The position numbers and the translations under genes were made by a program. A DNA stretch of 64,000 nt from positions 32,001 through 96,000 of IMG/VR virus record IMGVR_UViG_3300042865_000182. One strand, 5' to 3'. Positions 1 to 9,410 of the stretch are shown here, one piece after another. Every line of letters starts with the position of its first letter. The stretch's first letter is position 1. Below the pieces are notes generated by a model. The model was not told the DNA's origin, did not search any database, and saw only the letters and a program-made list of their open reading frames with translations. This DNA is from a virus.

Positions 1-6
1 ATAAAT

Positions 7-35
7 TTTGTTATTTCAAAAACTTTTACTATATT
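7..35 (+). promoter_or_regulatory. Putative late promoter (TTTG-N16-TACTATATT)
   Basis: Same TTG-N16/17-TAnTATATT layout recurs upstream of the ORFs at 4884 and 7125. Confidence 0.45.
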
Positions 36-70
36 ATAGTATATATTTATAAACTAAAAAACAAAAAACA

Positions 71-1654
71 ATGAGTTATTTTAATCATGCCTTTAGAAAA
101 ACCTTTGTGGGAACCATAGGAGGTTATACTGCTCTTGATGGGGGTCAGTTAGGAACTACTGGGAATATTTTTCCTGGTGGATCATTTGGGTTTGTTAATC
201 CTAGAAACAATTGGAATATAGTTCCAACAACTTATAATGCTGAAACAGTTGGTTGTTGTAACCTTATCCTTGCTGCAGGTTCAATTTATCAGAATGATAA
301 AATTGGTCCTTTCCATGGAGGATATACAGAATCTAACAAATCTAAGGAAATCAATCCAAGATATGTAAACAAATTCTACCGTGTAGATCCATGTTTACCA
401 CAAAATGAAGTAGTACACGTTGGTAACACAGCTTGGACTGATAGCGTTGCATTATCATTATCTACAGCTGGTGCTGGTGATCCAGGTGCTAACTTAGTTG
501 ATGGTGTATATACAGACATTCCTTTATCTGGTGCAGGTACTGGATTAGTAGTTAATATCACTGTAGTAGGTGGTGAAGTTACTTTTGTAGAAATTGTAAA
601 TGGTGGTTCAGATTGGACAACAGCTGATACAGCTACAACCAATGATGAACTTATTCCTGAAGATGGTGATGGTACACAACCTATATTTGTTGTAACAGCT
701 GGTGTTGGTGCTAACTGTTGTAAAGAATTTTTCTGTGGTGAGACTTATACATTACGTGTTGATGTTAAAGGTTCTCCTGCATTAAGATTACTTAACCACA
801 ACTCTTACATCATTGCTTCTGCATATGGTGGATGTTGTCCAGAAGGTGCAATTGCTCCAGTAGTAATTGACTCTACATTAATCTTCAAACAATGGGCTGA
901 AGCTATTACTAGATATCCAGTTATCTCTCCATTCATGCAAATCATCTTAGTTGATGAGACAGGTACTCCTTGGTATGCACCAGGAACAGATCCTGCTTTC
1001 TTAGCTAGTCTTCCTGTTCCAGCTGATACTTGGGATCATTATGTATCTCCAGGACACACTCCTGATGGTTGTGCTGGTTTAGTTCTTAACGGAGCTTATG
1101 TAGATACTAAATTCCAAAACTGTACATTCCAAATCACTGACTTCTATGAAGTAGAACCAGTTAGATTATATGTATCTGAAATGGACTTAAATGGTGATCC
1201 ATGTTTGTTCAACGGAGTATGTGTAGTTAAAGAATGTGAAGGAAGACAAGTAATGGGATTAGGTGAGTCAGTTGCAAGAGATGTTATTTTATCTGAGCAA
1301 TACAGACAAAACTTCTTCCACTCAGACTTCCGTATCCGTGAGATTACACAAGGATACAGTGTGTTTGATTTCATCAACCGTAACACTTTGTATACAAGAT
1401 ACTTTATCCAACACAATGTACCACGTTTCAATAACCCAACTAGTACATTTGATAATGACCAATACTTGTTAGAAGTTATTACTTGTGGTCAACAAACTGT
1501 CTTTGAAGACTTTGTAAATGATTGGTTAGGAACTTGCTCTCAATGTACTGGTCTTGAAGTTGAAGGTTGTGTTGAACCAGTTTGTGAACCAGTTTACTTG
1601 TTCCCAGTTTTAACAACAAACTTCACTCCTAACGTAACAGAGTTCTGTGATTAA
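71..1654 (+). CDS. Cys-rich virion structural protein, probably the capsid-associated (auxiliary capsid) protein of the crAss-like head module
   Basis: 527-aa ORF, A-rich leader, own promoter-like motif and terminator; lies upstream of the IHF/tail ring/muzzle genes as in crAss-like gene order. Function from synteny only. Confidence 0.5.
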   Translation: MSYFNHAFRKTFVGTIGGYTALDGGQLGTTGNIFPGGSFGFVNPRNNWNIVPTTYNAETVGCCNLILAAGSIYQNDKIGPFHGGYTESNKSKEINPRYVNKFYRVDPCLPQNEVVHVGNTAWTDSVALSLSTAGAGDPGANLVDGVYTDIPLSGAGTGLVVNITVVGGEVTFVEIVNGGSDWTTADTATTNDELIPEDGDGTQPIFVVTAGVGANCCKEFFCGETYTLRVDVKGSPALRLLNHNSYIIASAYGGCCPEGAIAPVVIDSTLIFKQWAEAITRYPVISPFMQIILVDETGTPWYAPGTDPAFLASLPVPADTWDHYVSPGHTPDGCAGLVLNGAYVDTKFQNCTFQITDFYEVEPVRLYVSEMDLNGDPCLFNGVCVVKECEGRQVMGLGESVARDVILSEQYRQNFFHSDFRIREITQGYSVFDFINRNTLYTRYFIQHNVPRFNNPTSTFDNDQYLLEVITCGQQTVFEDFVNDWLGTCSQCTGLEVEGCVEPVCEPVYLFPVLTTNFTPNVTEFCD

Positions 1655-1675
1655 TAGGAATTAAACTATAAACAT

Positions 1676-1712
1676 AAAGGGGGAGCCGAGTGTAATACTC
1701 CTCCCCTTTTTT
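1676..1712 (+). terminator. Rho-independent terminator
   Basis: GGGGAG..GAGTG-taa-TACTC-CTCCCC stem followed by a T run. Confidence 0.85.
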
Positions 1713-1724
1713 ATTATAAACATC

Positions 1725-2267
1725 ATGGCAAATCATGTATTAAGCTTGGAAGTACCAACAGTAATGAACTCATGTATCATGAAGTTATTTGATACAAGTG
1801 TTTATACACCATTACTTCCCGTAACTTGTCCAACATTAAATATCACTGTACCAGGATTTGGATATTCAGTACAGATAGATACAACTGAAAACTTTGCAGA
1901 GACAATAACTGCATGTGACCTTCAGTTACAAACTGTAGACTGTGGAACTACATATTCAGATATACCAGATGGAATATACATTATAAAATATAGTGTATCT
2001 CCTAATGATCAGGTATATGTAGAATACAATCACATGAGAATTACACAAGCTTTAATAAAGTACAATAAGGTTTTGTGTGATGTAGATGCTGCAGCATGTG
2101 ATCCGCCAGCAGCAATTAAAAAGAAATTAGAAGCTTTGAGATTAATTAATATGTATCTTCAAGCTGCAAAAGCAAAAGTAGAATATTGTCATGAGCCACA
2201 GAAAGGAATGAGCTTGTACAATTATGCACTTAAGCTTTTAAATAAATTAACTTGTACAAATTGTTAA
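1725..2267 (+). CDS. Putative virion structural protein (Cys-rich, 180 aa)
   Basis: ORF in the structural cluster; 'PDGIYIIKYSV' beta-rich segment, helical C-terminus ending CTNC. Confidence 0.5.
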   Translation: MANHVLSLEVPTVMNSCIMKLFDTSVYTPLLPVTCPTLNITVPGFGYSVQIDTTENFAETITACDLQLQTVDCGTTYSDIPDGIYIIKYSVSPNDQVYVEYNHMRITQALIKYNKVLCDVDAAACDPPAAIKKKLEALRLINMYLQAAKAKVEYCHEPQKGMSLYNYALKLLNKLTCTNC

Positions 2268-2286
2268 ACATTTTAAAACCAACAAA

Positions 2287-2487
2287 ATGAGTAGTTGTCC
2301 TAATTGCGGTGCTAAGTTAAGTTGTGGATGTCAGAAGAGAACACTTCCAAATGGAAAACAAGGATGCAGTAGTTGTGCTACTAAAGCTCAGAAGGTAGCA
2401 ACAGAAACTAAAAAAACTGTTCCAACTGTAAACACAAATACTTGGGGACCAAACAGATATTTAAACTTGAAAAAATTTACTAAATAA
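2287..2487 (+). CDS. Small Cys-rich basic protein (CxxC-x4-CxC...CxxC; Zn-binding or disulfide-bonded)
   Basis: 66 aa; AAACCAACAAAATG leader; stop overlaps the next start (TAATG). Confidence 0.7.
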   Translation: MSSCPNCGAKLSCGCQKRTLPNGKQGCSSCATKAQKVATETKKTVPTVNTNTWGPNRYLNLKKFTK

Positions 2488-4865
2488 TGGCTGGAATTCC
2501 TTACTATAGCATTACACCTTGTTGTCCTGATTTAGGTACACCAACTGGTTTTTTTAATATTCCAGATGCATTATTAAGTAATGATGTATATGTGTATAAT
2601 GGACCTACTGCTGTAGTAAATGGAGTGTTGTTTATATCTGGGTTTTGTTACTCAATAGAGTATGAAGGTCTTTCTATTACAAACTATAATGATGCACCAA
2701 CTCCAGCAACATATACATCAGCAGATAAAACATGTAATTTTTCTGGTTGTGCAGAATGTGATTCTATAGGATCATATCTTTTTGAAGTGTATGCCTGCTG
2801 TGATTCATCTGAAGTAGTTACATTAAACTTAGATGCTGACTTCACAACAGATGCTGTTTATTCATATGATGGACTTGTTCCATTTACTGTGGGTGGATTT
2901 ACATTTGAACCAAATAGTTGTTATCAAATTACATTTGCAGGTGTTGGAACTGGAACCGCAGGTCCTGATTTTAGAGACTTTTCTTTTCAAGGACCAAATT
3001 GTTTTACTACTGAAAACTGTCCAGATTGTCCAACAACAGATCAATACTTAGCATTTGCTTCTTGTTGTAGTAATACAATAGTATACTTAAGACCACATTC
3101 TACAAGTGACTATTTAGAAGGAGTATATGAATACTTAGGAACTCCTGTGAATGGTTTACAAAATATATGTTATAGTCTTACTATACATGATGTAGGTGTA
3201 GCACCTATTGATGACATTGCAGAGTATGCAGCACTACCAGAAGCTCCTGCATTTGTAGAAGATGTTACATTCAATACATTCTCTGATACTAATACAAACT
3301 GTGCTGATTACTCATTAGAATGTCCATCATGTAAAAAACCATGTTACACGCTTTACAGCTGTGATGGAATATTTTTTAATACTACTGTAGACATGTCAGA
3401 TTATGTTGGAACTTTTGTTTCAATATCCAATTCTGATGGTCCAATAGCTGGTACTTGGTATGTACTTGTAAATGCTGGTAATTGTAATAATGCTATAGAA
3501 GATATAACTGTAGATTTAACTCCACCTGAACCCTGTGACTGTAGATGTTTTGAAGTTACTGGTTTTGCAAAAAATATAATTTACATTAACTGTGATGGTG
3601 AACTAGTTAAAACATTTGGCTCTGCTAAGTTCTGTGCATTTACATATCCTTTTGTAACAGGAACTGCTGGACAGTATCAAGTAACTGAAGGAGGTAAATG
3701 TGTAGATGGTGAATGTCCTATTCTATGTTATAAGCTATCAAACTGTGATACAGGTGAAATTATCTATTCTACATTACAAAGTTTATCTCAGTATGTAACT
3801 ACATCAACAGTAATACAAATTGCTGGATATGATGGTTGTTGGCAAGTTGACATTTCAGAAGAAGCATGTGATTGTCCAGTAAATGTAATTGTTGTAAAAG
3901 AATTTACATCTTGTCCAGACTGTTTACCTATAGTAGCATACAAACTTACAAACTGTGAAAACTCATCTGATATAAAATATACTTACCAAGACTTATCTTT
4001 GTTTGTTGGAGAGTATATTAAAACAGAAGACTGTGGTTGTTTCTTTGTAGAACTTATAGATTTCCAACCGCCCAGCATAACTACAGTAGTTATACTAACT
4101 TCATTTACATCTTGTCCAGATTGTCTTAGACAATATTATGCCCTAGTAGATACTTGTAATAGAATAGAAGATACTGTATACACATATACAGACCTATCTG
4201 CTTATCTTGGTCAAATAATTAAAATACAAGGTTGTGATACTTGTTGGACGGTTGAGGAAACAGAAGTACCAATAAATCCAGGAATAGTTACTGTAAATGG
4301 TTTAGCATATGAAACTTGTGAAGAGTGTACACCCCCATTACCATGCTTATGTAATAGAATGACCAATTACAGTAGTACTGATAAAGAATACCAGTATATA
4401 GACTGCAATGATAATACAATAAATTTAAAACTAGGTGCAGGAGAAACTAGCGGTAAAATTTGTGTTAAAACTTGGGTGGTAGATTATCCTGATACAGATA
4501 ATTTAGAAGTATTTGGAGAATGTGAATTAACTAATACACCGGATGTTTATACTTGTCCAATAGTAACTCCTAAAAGAAAAATTAAACCAGGGTACTCTGT
4601 TCCAACATGTGATACAGAAAAATGGGAGAACATAACTTGTAGATCATCTGAGATATTATACAAACAAGTGATGACTCTTAGATATGGGATAAGCAACTGC
4701 TGTCCTGATGAAGATGACAAATGGTTAATTAAAAAAGAGCTAATAGATTTAGCTGCATTAGTTGATCCAGATTATGTTTGCGCACCTGTTCAGTCTTGTG
4801 GTTGTCCACCAAGCTCATGTGGGTGCGGATGTAACAGTACACTTAAGACTTGTAATTCTCAATAA
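2487..4865 (+). CDS. Very Cys-rich repeat-containing structural (fibre/decoration) protein
   Basis: 792 aa; three N-terminal 'CC...CY(S/Q)(I/L)' repeats and four 'YxLxxC...DLSxYVG...CWxV' repeats. Confidence 0.6.
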   Translation: MAGIPYYSITPCCPDLGTPTGFFNIPDALLSNDVYVYNGPTAVVNGVLFISGFCYSIEYEGLSITNYNDAPTPATYTSADKTCNFSGCAECDSIGSYLFEVYACCDSSEVVTLNLDADFTTDAVYSYDGLVPFTVGGFTFEPNSCYQITFAGVGTGTAGPDFRDFSFQGPNCFTTENCPDCPTTDQYLAFASCCSNTIVYLRPHSTSDYLEGVYEYLGTPVNGLQNICYSLTIHDVGVAPIDDIAEYAALPEAPAFVEDVTFNTFSDTNTNCADYSLECPSCKKPCYTLYSCDGIFFNTTVDMSDYVGTFVSISNSDGPIAGTWYVLVNAGNCNNAIEDITVDLTPPEPCDCRCFEVTGFAKNIIYINCDGELVKTFGSAKFCAFTYPFVTGTAGQYQVTEGGKCVDGECPILCYKLSNCDTGEIIYSTLQSLSQYVTTSTVIQIAGYDGCWQVDISEEACDCPVNVIVVKEFTSCPDCLPIVAYKLTNCENSSDIKYTYQDLSLFVGEYIKTEDCGCFFVELIDFQPPSITTVVILTSFTSCPDCLRQYYALVDTCNRIEDTVYTYTDLSAYLGQIIKIQGCDTCWTVEETEVPINPGIVTVNGLAYETCEECTPPLPCLCNRMTNYSSTDKEYQYIDCNDNTINLKLGAGETSGKICVKTWVVDYPDTDNLEVFGECELTNTPDVYTCPIVTPKRKIKPGYSVPTCDTEKWENITCRSSEILYKQVMTLRYGISNCCPDEDDKWLIKKELIDLAALVDPDYVCAPVQSCGCPPSSCGCGCNSTLKTCNSQ

Positions 4866-4878
4866 TAATTAGTATATT
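4850..4878 (+). promoter_or_regulatory. Putative late promoter (TTG-N17-TAGTATATT)
   Basis: Recurrent motif, 5 nt before ATG 4884. Confidence 0.4.
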
Positions 4879-4883
4879 ATAAT

Positions 4884-6749
4884 ATGAAACCATTAAACTT
4901 AGATAATAGACCATGTAGCCCAATATCAAGTAATTGTGTGATATGGCAAGGTCCAGATATTCCGTGTATCAAATTATGTACAGGAGACACTGTATCTGAT
5001 GTAGTATTTAAACTAGCAACAGAACTATGTACTATAATGGATACATTGAAAATTACAAACTATGATTTATCATGTTTTAATTTAGCAGCGTGTCCACCAC
5101 AAGACTTTCAAGAACTTATACAGTTTCTTATAAATAAAATATGTGAGCTAGAAGGTTTACCAACTATAAGAGATAACCCTACATCAACATGTCCAGACTG
5201 TGTGGTTAATGTAGCATCATGTTTTGTTGTAGGTACACAAACCACTATGCAACTAGTAGATTATGTAAGAATGATTGGTGAAAGAGTTTGCGCACTTGTA
5301 AATGAAATAATTGACTTACAAAATCAAATTAATAATCTAGACATAAGAGTAACTGTTCTTGAATCTGCACCTCCACCTGTTACACCCACACCCACAATAA
5401 TTATTAACTGTAATATTGGAACACTAGTATCAGGAAACTCTTATCCAATTGATCAAGTACTAAATCAATTAATTAATAGTGTTTCAAATGGATATTGTTC
5501 TTTAATAAGTGTACTTGGCACTCCTTCTGAAATTGGTAACTCATTAGTTCCAGCTTGTGCATTTGGTACAGATGTAACAACAGATCCAAACTGGACACCA
5601 GTACCAACTACACTTGCAGAAAGTATTACAAATGCCTGGATAGTTATTTGTGATTTATATAGTATTATAACTTCTGGTTTATTTTCAACAGCTGATACAA
5701 ATAGTATAAACTTAGATTTTACAGCTGGAGTATTGACTGCAAATATTCAAGATACAGGGTGGGAAAATTTAGAAGGTTTTGATTTTTATACTGGAAGTAT
5801 GGCAACTAACAAGCCACAGTGTAGAAGAATAGGAAACCAAATTATTTTTAGAGGTAATGTGTATGTACCAATTAACAATGGTTTTGGAGCAGCTGTGCCA
5901 TTAACGGCAACTAATACATATGACACAATATATAGATCTAATCCTTTTATTGGTACTTCTGGAGTGATATTGGATGCACAAGGTAGAATTCTTTTTAATA
6001 GTACTGGTGGTGGTGCTGCATCAGTAATACCAACTACAGTTCTTGATGCTGGTACAAATTTAGATAATCAATATTCTGCTCCTCAACTTATTGCTAATAG
6101 AAAGTTAGTAGTTGAACAACAATCATCAAGTGGTGTTACAGGATCAGTTTTATTAAATGCTGCGGTAAACTTAACAATATTACCAAATAAAACATTAAGG
6201 TTAGCACCATTGGAGGTTATTGAACAAGAGCCAACTGATATGGTACCATTTATAGGTAACTCATTATTAAGAAGTCTAACAAGCTCATTTACACCAAGAT
6301 CAAGAGTGATTGATTTTACTAATTTTGTAAAACAACTTGATGGTAATATGAGTTTGGATCAACAACCATTAAACGGTTTAGGCGGTGCAAGTTTAATAAT
6401 AGGAAACTTATACAAAATAGAAACCTATACTCCTGGTGATGACTTTACAAATGTTGGTGCTGCAGTTAATACAGATAATCAAACATTTATTGCAAGTGGT
6501 ACAACACCAACTACATGGACTACATCAGTATTAATCCCATTATCAAATGCATTATTCTATAATACTTTTTATAATAATATCGCTCCAAGCTACAGTGGTG
6601 CTCAATGGCCTGCAATATCAGATTTAGTTACTACTCAATTTGATGCAGCTAGAGCTTCTAATCTTGGTGGATTTATAGTAAGACTTGATGGATTGTCAGC
6701 ATATGTAGATCCATGTACAACAGATATTAAAAATTATTCTTGTCCTTAA
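4884..6749 (+). CDS. Putative tail fibre/spike protein
   Basis: 621 aa; Cys-rich N-terminal anchor, coiled coil (EIIDLQNQINNLDIRVTVLE), 'DTGWENL...PQCRRIGNQIIFRG' motif typical of fibre C-terminal domains. Confidence 0.6.
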   Translation: MKPLNLDNRPCSPISSNCVIWQGPDIPCIKLCTGDTVSDVVFKLATELCTIMDTLKITNYDLSCFNLAACPPQDFQELIQFLINKICELEGLPTIRDNPTSTCPDCVVNVASCFVVGTQTTMQLVDYVRMIGERVCALVNEIIDLQNQINNLDIRVTVLESAPPPVTPTPTIIINCNIGTLVSGNSYPIDQVLNQLINSVSNGYCSLISVLGTPSEIGNSLVPACAFGTDVTTDPNWTPVPTTLAESITNAWIVICDLYSIITSGLFSTADTNSINLDFTAGVLTANIQDTGWENLEGFDFYTGSMATNKPQCRRIGNQIIFRGNVYVPINNGFGAAVPLTATNTYDTIYRSNPFIGTSGVILDAQGRILFNSTGGGAASVIPTTVLDAGTNLDNQYSAPQLIANRKLVVEQQSSSGVTGSVLLNAAVNLTILPNKTLRLAPLEVIEQEPTDMVPFIGNSLLRSLTSSFTPRSRVIDFTNFVKQLDGNMSLDQQPLNGLGGASLIIGNLYKIETYTPGDDFTNVGAAVNTDNQTFIASGTTPTTWTTSVLIPLSNALFYNTFYNNIAPSYSGAQWPAISDLVTTQFDAARASNLGGFIVRLDGLSAYVDPCTTDIKNYSCP

Positions 6750-6761
6750 AAAAATTAAATA

Positions 6762-7004
6762 ATGGCAACAACAAATACATGTAAAAAATGCGGATGTGAA
6801 GATAGCTTTATGCCAAGTCCTGCACCATGTCCTACACCACAAGGATGTCCTAATCCAGAACCATGTTCTGAAGTTATAGATGCTCAGTGTGTCATCTATA
6901 CAGGTCCAAATATTATGTGTGGTCAACAAGTATTAATTGCAACAAACACAGACCTTGCTACAGCCTTAGAAGCTATAGTGACTCAATTGTGTGCCCCTGC
7001 ATAA
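6762..7004 (+). CDS. Small Cys-rich protein, paralogous to the N-terminus of 4884..6749
   Basis: PCSEVIDAQCVIYTGPNIMC aligns with PCSPISSNCVIWQGPDIPC. Confidence 0.7.
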   Translation: MATTNTCKKCGCEDSFMPSPAPCPTPQGCPNPEPCSEVIDAQCVIYTGPNIMCGQQVLIATNTDLATALEAIVTQLCAPA

Positions 7005-7045
7005 AGACGTTACAGGTTGTTGGTTTCTGTGACAACAAGGCAATG

Positions 7046-7075
7046 ACCCTCACACTTGTGGGGGTTTTGTTTTTT
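7046..7075 (+). terminator. Rho-independent terminator
   Basis: ACCCTCAC-actt-GTGGGGGT stem followed by TTTGTTTTTT. Confidence 0.8.
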
Positions 7076-7112
7076 AGTTACATTTGCTAGTCTCATTTAT
7101 TTTTAGTATATT
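7056..7112 (+). promoter_or_regulatory. Overlapping promoter elements: Bacteroidota-type TTG-N20-TACATTTG and late-type TTTG-N17-TAGTATATT
   Basis: TACATTTG at 7079-7086 matches the TAnnTTTG -7 consensus; TAGTATATT at 7104-7112. Confidence 0.45.
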
Positions 7113-7124
7113 AATAGTAATAGT

Positions 7125-7706
7125 ATGGATGGATTTAAAAAGCCTGATGTAAAAGCTCCAAGATTTAGACCAGATGTGCACCATGTTCTAAATAAAGAGT
7201 TCTTTGAAATGTTTAAGAAAAAATATTCTAAATATAAGGATATAGATAACCAGTTATTAAAAACAATAATTAGAAAATTTAATAATGCAGTTTACAACAC
7301 CGTAATAGAAAAGAGAGATGGTGTTCAACTTCCTGAACAAATTGGATGGATATTTATTGGAACATGTCAAGAAAGTAAAAAGAAAAACATTGATTTTGTT
7401 AAATCAAATAAATATGGTGTAACTGTAACTAATAAAAATTGGGATACTGATGGTAAACTTGCTAAAATATTTTTTACAAATCATGCTCCAAAACATAAAA
7501 TGAAAAATAGAGAATTTTGGACTTTTGTAGCTTGTAGAGAATTTAAAAGAAAAGTATCTAAAACTTATCCTGAAAATTGGAATATGTATGTTGTTGTTGA
7601 CCCAACAGCAAAACTTAGACAGACATATCAAAAAGCAATATTTAAACAAACAATTGCTGAAAAAACAAAAAGAGAATTAAAAACATATAATGAATTTGAC
7701 TTATGA
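7125..7706 (+). CDS. IHF/HU-like basic DNA-binding protein (crAss-like IHF subunit homologue)
   Basis: 193 aa, Lys-rich; 'DGVQLPEQIGWIFIG' resembles the HU/IHF beta-arm motif; position before the tail ring genes matches crAss-like synteny. Confidence 0.5.
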   Translation: MDGFKKPDVKAPRFRPDVHHVLNKEFFEMFKKKYSKYKDIDNQLLKTIIRKFNNAVYNTVIEKRDGVQLPEQIGWIFIGTCQESKKKNIDFVKSNKYGVTVTNKNWDTDGKLAKIFFTNHAPKHKMKNREFWTFVACREFKRKVSKTYPENWNMYVVVDPTAKLRQTYQKAIFKQTIAEKTKRELKTYNEFDL

Positions 7707-8365
7707 CAACAATAGGTGAAGCCATATCAAGAATAAGAAATGCTCTTAAAGCAGTTAAAGAAGATGCATTCTTAACTGATAGAACAATCTATTTTGCTCT
7801 TAGTAAGTATGCAAAGACATTGATTAAAAGAGAAGACAACCAATTTAGATTGATGAAGATGAGTCAGATCTTTCAAGTTCTTCCATATATAGAACTGATT
7901 GATGTAGATAAAGTAGAAGCAGGTTGTATTGGTGTATACTCAGAATGTTATTTTAAAAGATCTAAAGATAAATTACCAAGTATATTAGATGGAATGTTTG
8001 GTCCTATTATCCGTACAGTATCTTCTATAGATGGTTCTATAGAAATGTTTAGAACAGATCCTGGTACTTGGGTTTCTATAACTAAGTCAAGTACATTTAA
8101 ATATAATAAGAGACCATACTTCTGGTATCTTAATGGATATCTATATGCACCTAACATAGATTGGGATGCTGTAAGAATGGAAGCTATATTTGAAAATAAA
8201 GTTGAAACTTGTGATACTAATCCATGTTTAATAAAACAAGATGAGGTATTAGCAATTCCAGACTATTTATTTTCAGAAGCTGAACAGTTTGTATTAAAAG
8301 AATTAACCATGATTGCTCAAATGCCAACTGATGGTGCTGATGACAGTCAAAACTCATTAAGATAA
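7703..8365 (+). CDS. Putative tail ring/tubular protein
   Basis: 220 aa; ATGA overlap; synteny before the muzzle gene. Confidence 0.55.
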   Translation: MTTIGEAISRIRNALKAVKEDAFLTDRTIYFALSKYAKTLIKREDNQFRLMKMSQIFQVLPYIELIDVDKVEAGCIGVYSECYFKRSKDKLPSILDGMFGPIIRTVSSIDGSIEMFRTDPGTWVSITKSSTFKYNKRPYFWYLNGYLYAPNIDWDAVRMEAIFENKVETCDTNPCLIKQDEVLAIPDYLFSEAEQFVLKELTMIAQMPTDGADDSQNSLR

Positions 8366-9408
8366 TGGATTTTAATTATACTCTCCGTTACAGGCCTTTT
8401 GATCAACTCTTAGAAGATGTATCAATAGACATGAATACTTTGGCTCTTGAGAATATGATAGAGCCTCAGCAATTAATAAAAGTTGCTAAAAAGATAAATT
8501 ATGATCTAGGTCTTAGAATAAATCAAACAAGAGAAGTTATTCTTGAAGTTTGTCATAATAAAGTAAAACTACCTGATAACTTTTATACATTTAATTTTGC
8601 TTTTATATGTGGAGAGTATGAAGATCATGTTGGTTATGGCGGTATGTCTGGTGGTACTAACATTCAAGAAGTACCATACAAAGAAGCTCCATCCACAGTA
8701 GATCAGTGTGCACCACCTACAGTAAACTGTAGATCATGTAATGCTAACCCATGTAAACATACAGCAGCCTGTGATCTTAATTATCCTATAGTAGATCCAA
8801 TACCAACTGAGTATGATCCTAATAATCCTTATGGTAATACATGTGTACCACCAAGAGTATTCATGAACTGTAAAGGTGAGAAGTGGGAGCTAATCCAAAT
8901 ATTAAATACTGGGGCCACAAGAAAATATTCTAGACTTATTCCGCTAAGAATGAAAGCAAGTCAAGAAATAGAATGTGACTGTCCTAATCTATATTATGAT
9001 ACAGCAAATCAAGCTTGGATAAAAGATGGATTTTTATTTACAACATTTGAAACTGGTAAAGTATATCTTAATTATCAAGGAGCTATGGAAGATGAGGCTG
9101 GTAACTTACTTGTTCCAGATCATGATCTTCTCAATGATTATTATGAGTATGCAATAAAACAAAGACTACTTGAAAACTTATTTATGAATGGAGAAGATGT
9201 TTCTGCAAGACTACAACTTGTAGAACAAAGATTAAGGGCTGCAAGAAATCAAGCACTTAGTTTAGTAAATACTCCAAACTTTAAAGAACTAGAACAAATG
9301 TGGTGGACAAATAGAAAAGCTATGTATAATAAATATTATGACATGTTTAAAAGCTATTCTCCAAATAAAGCATTTTACGGTATTAATGGTGTATCTAGAG
9401 TATTATAA
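8365..9408 (+). CDS. Putative tail tubular/ring protein with a Cys-rich insertion
   Basis: 347 aa; 'GKVYLNYQG...LVPDH...YYEYAIK' C-terminus resembles P22 gp4-like ring proteins; synteny. Confidence 0.55.
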   Translation: MDFNYTLRYRPFDQLLEDVSIDMNTLALENMIEPQQLIKVAKKINYDLGLRINQTREVILEVCHNKVKLPDNFYTFNFAFICGEYEDHVGYGGMSGGTNIQEVPYKEAPSTVDQCAPPTVNCRSCNANPCKHTAACDLNYPIVDPIPTEYDPNNPYGNTCVPPRVFMNCKGEKWELIQILNTGATRKYSRLIPLRMKASQEIECDCPNLYYDTANQAWIKDGFLFTTFETGKVYLNYQGAMEDEAGNLLVPDHDLLNDYYEYAIKQRLLENLFMNGEDVSARLQLVEQRLRAARNQALSLVNTPNFKELEQMWWTNRKAMYNKYYDMFKSYSPNKAFYGINGVSRVL

Positions 9409-9410
9409 TC

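Noticed and set aside
71-1654. Major capsid protein call
   Set aside because: Size fits, but no HK97-fold features could be recognised; Cys richness and position favour an auxiliary protein. Left unresolved.
6887-7090. 67-aa + strand ORF
   Set aside because: Overlaps the 80-aa gene in another frame and runs through the terminator hairpin.
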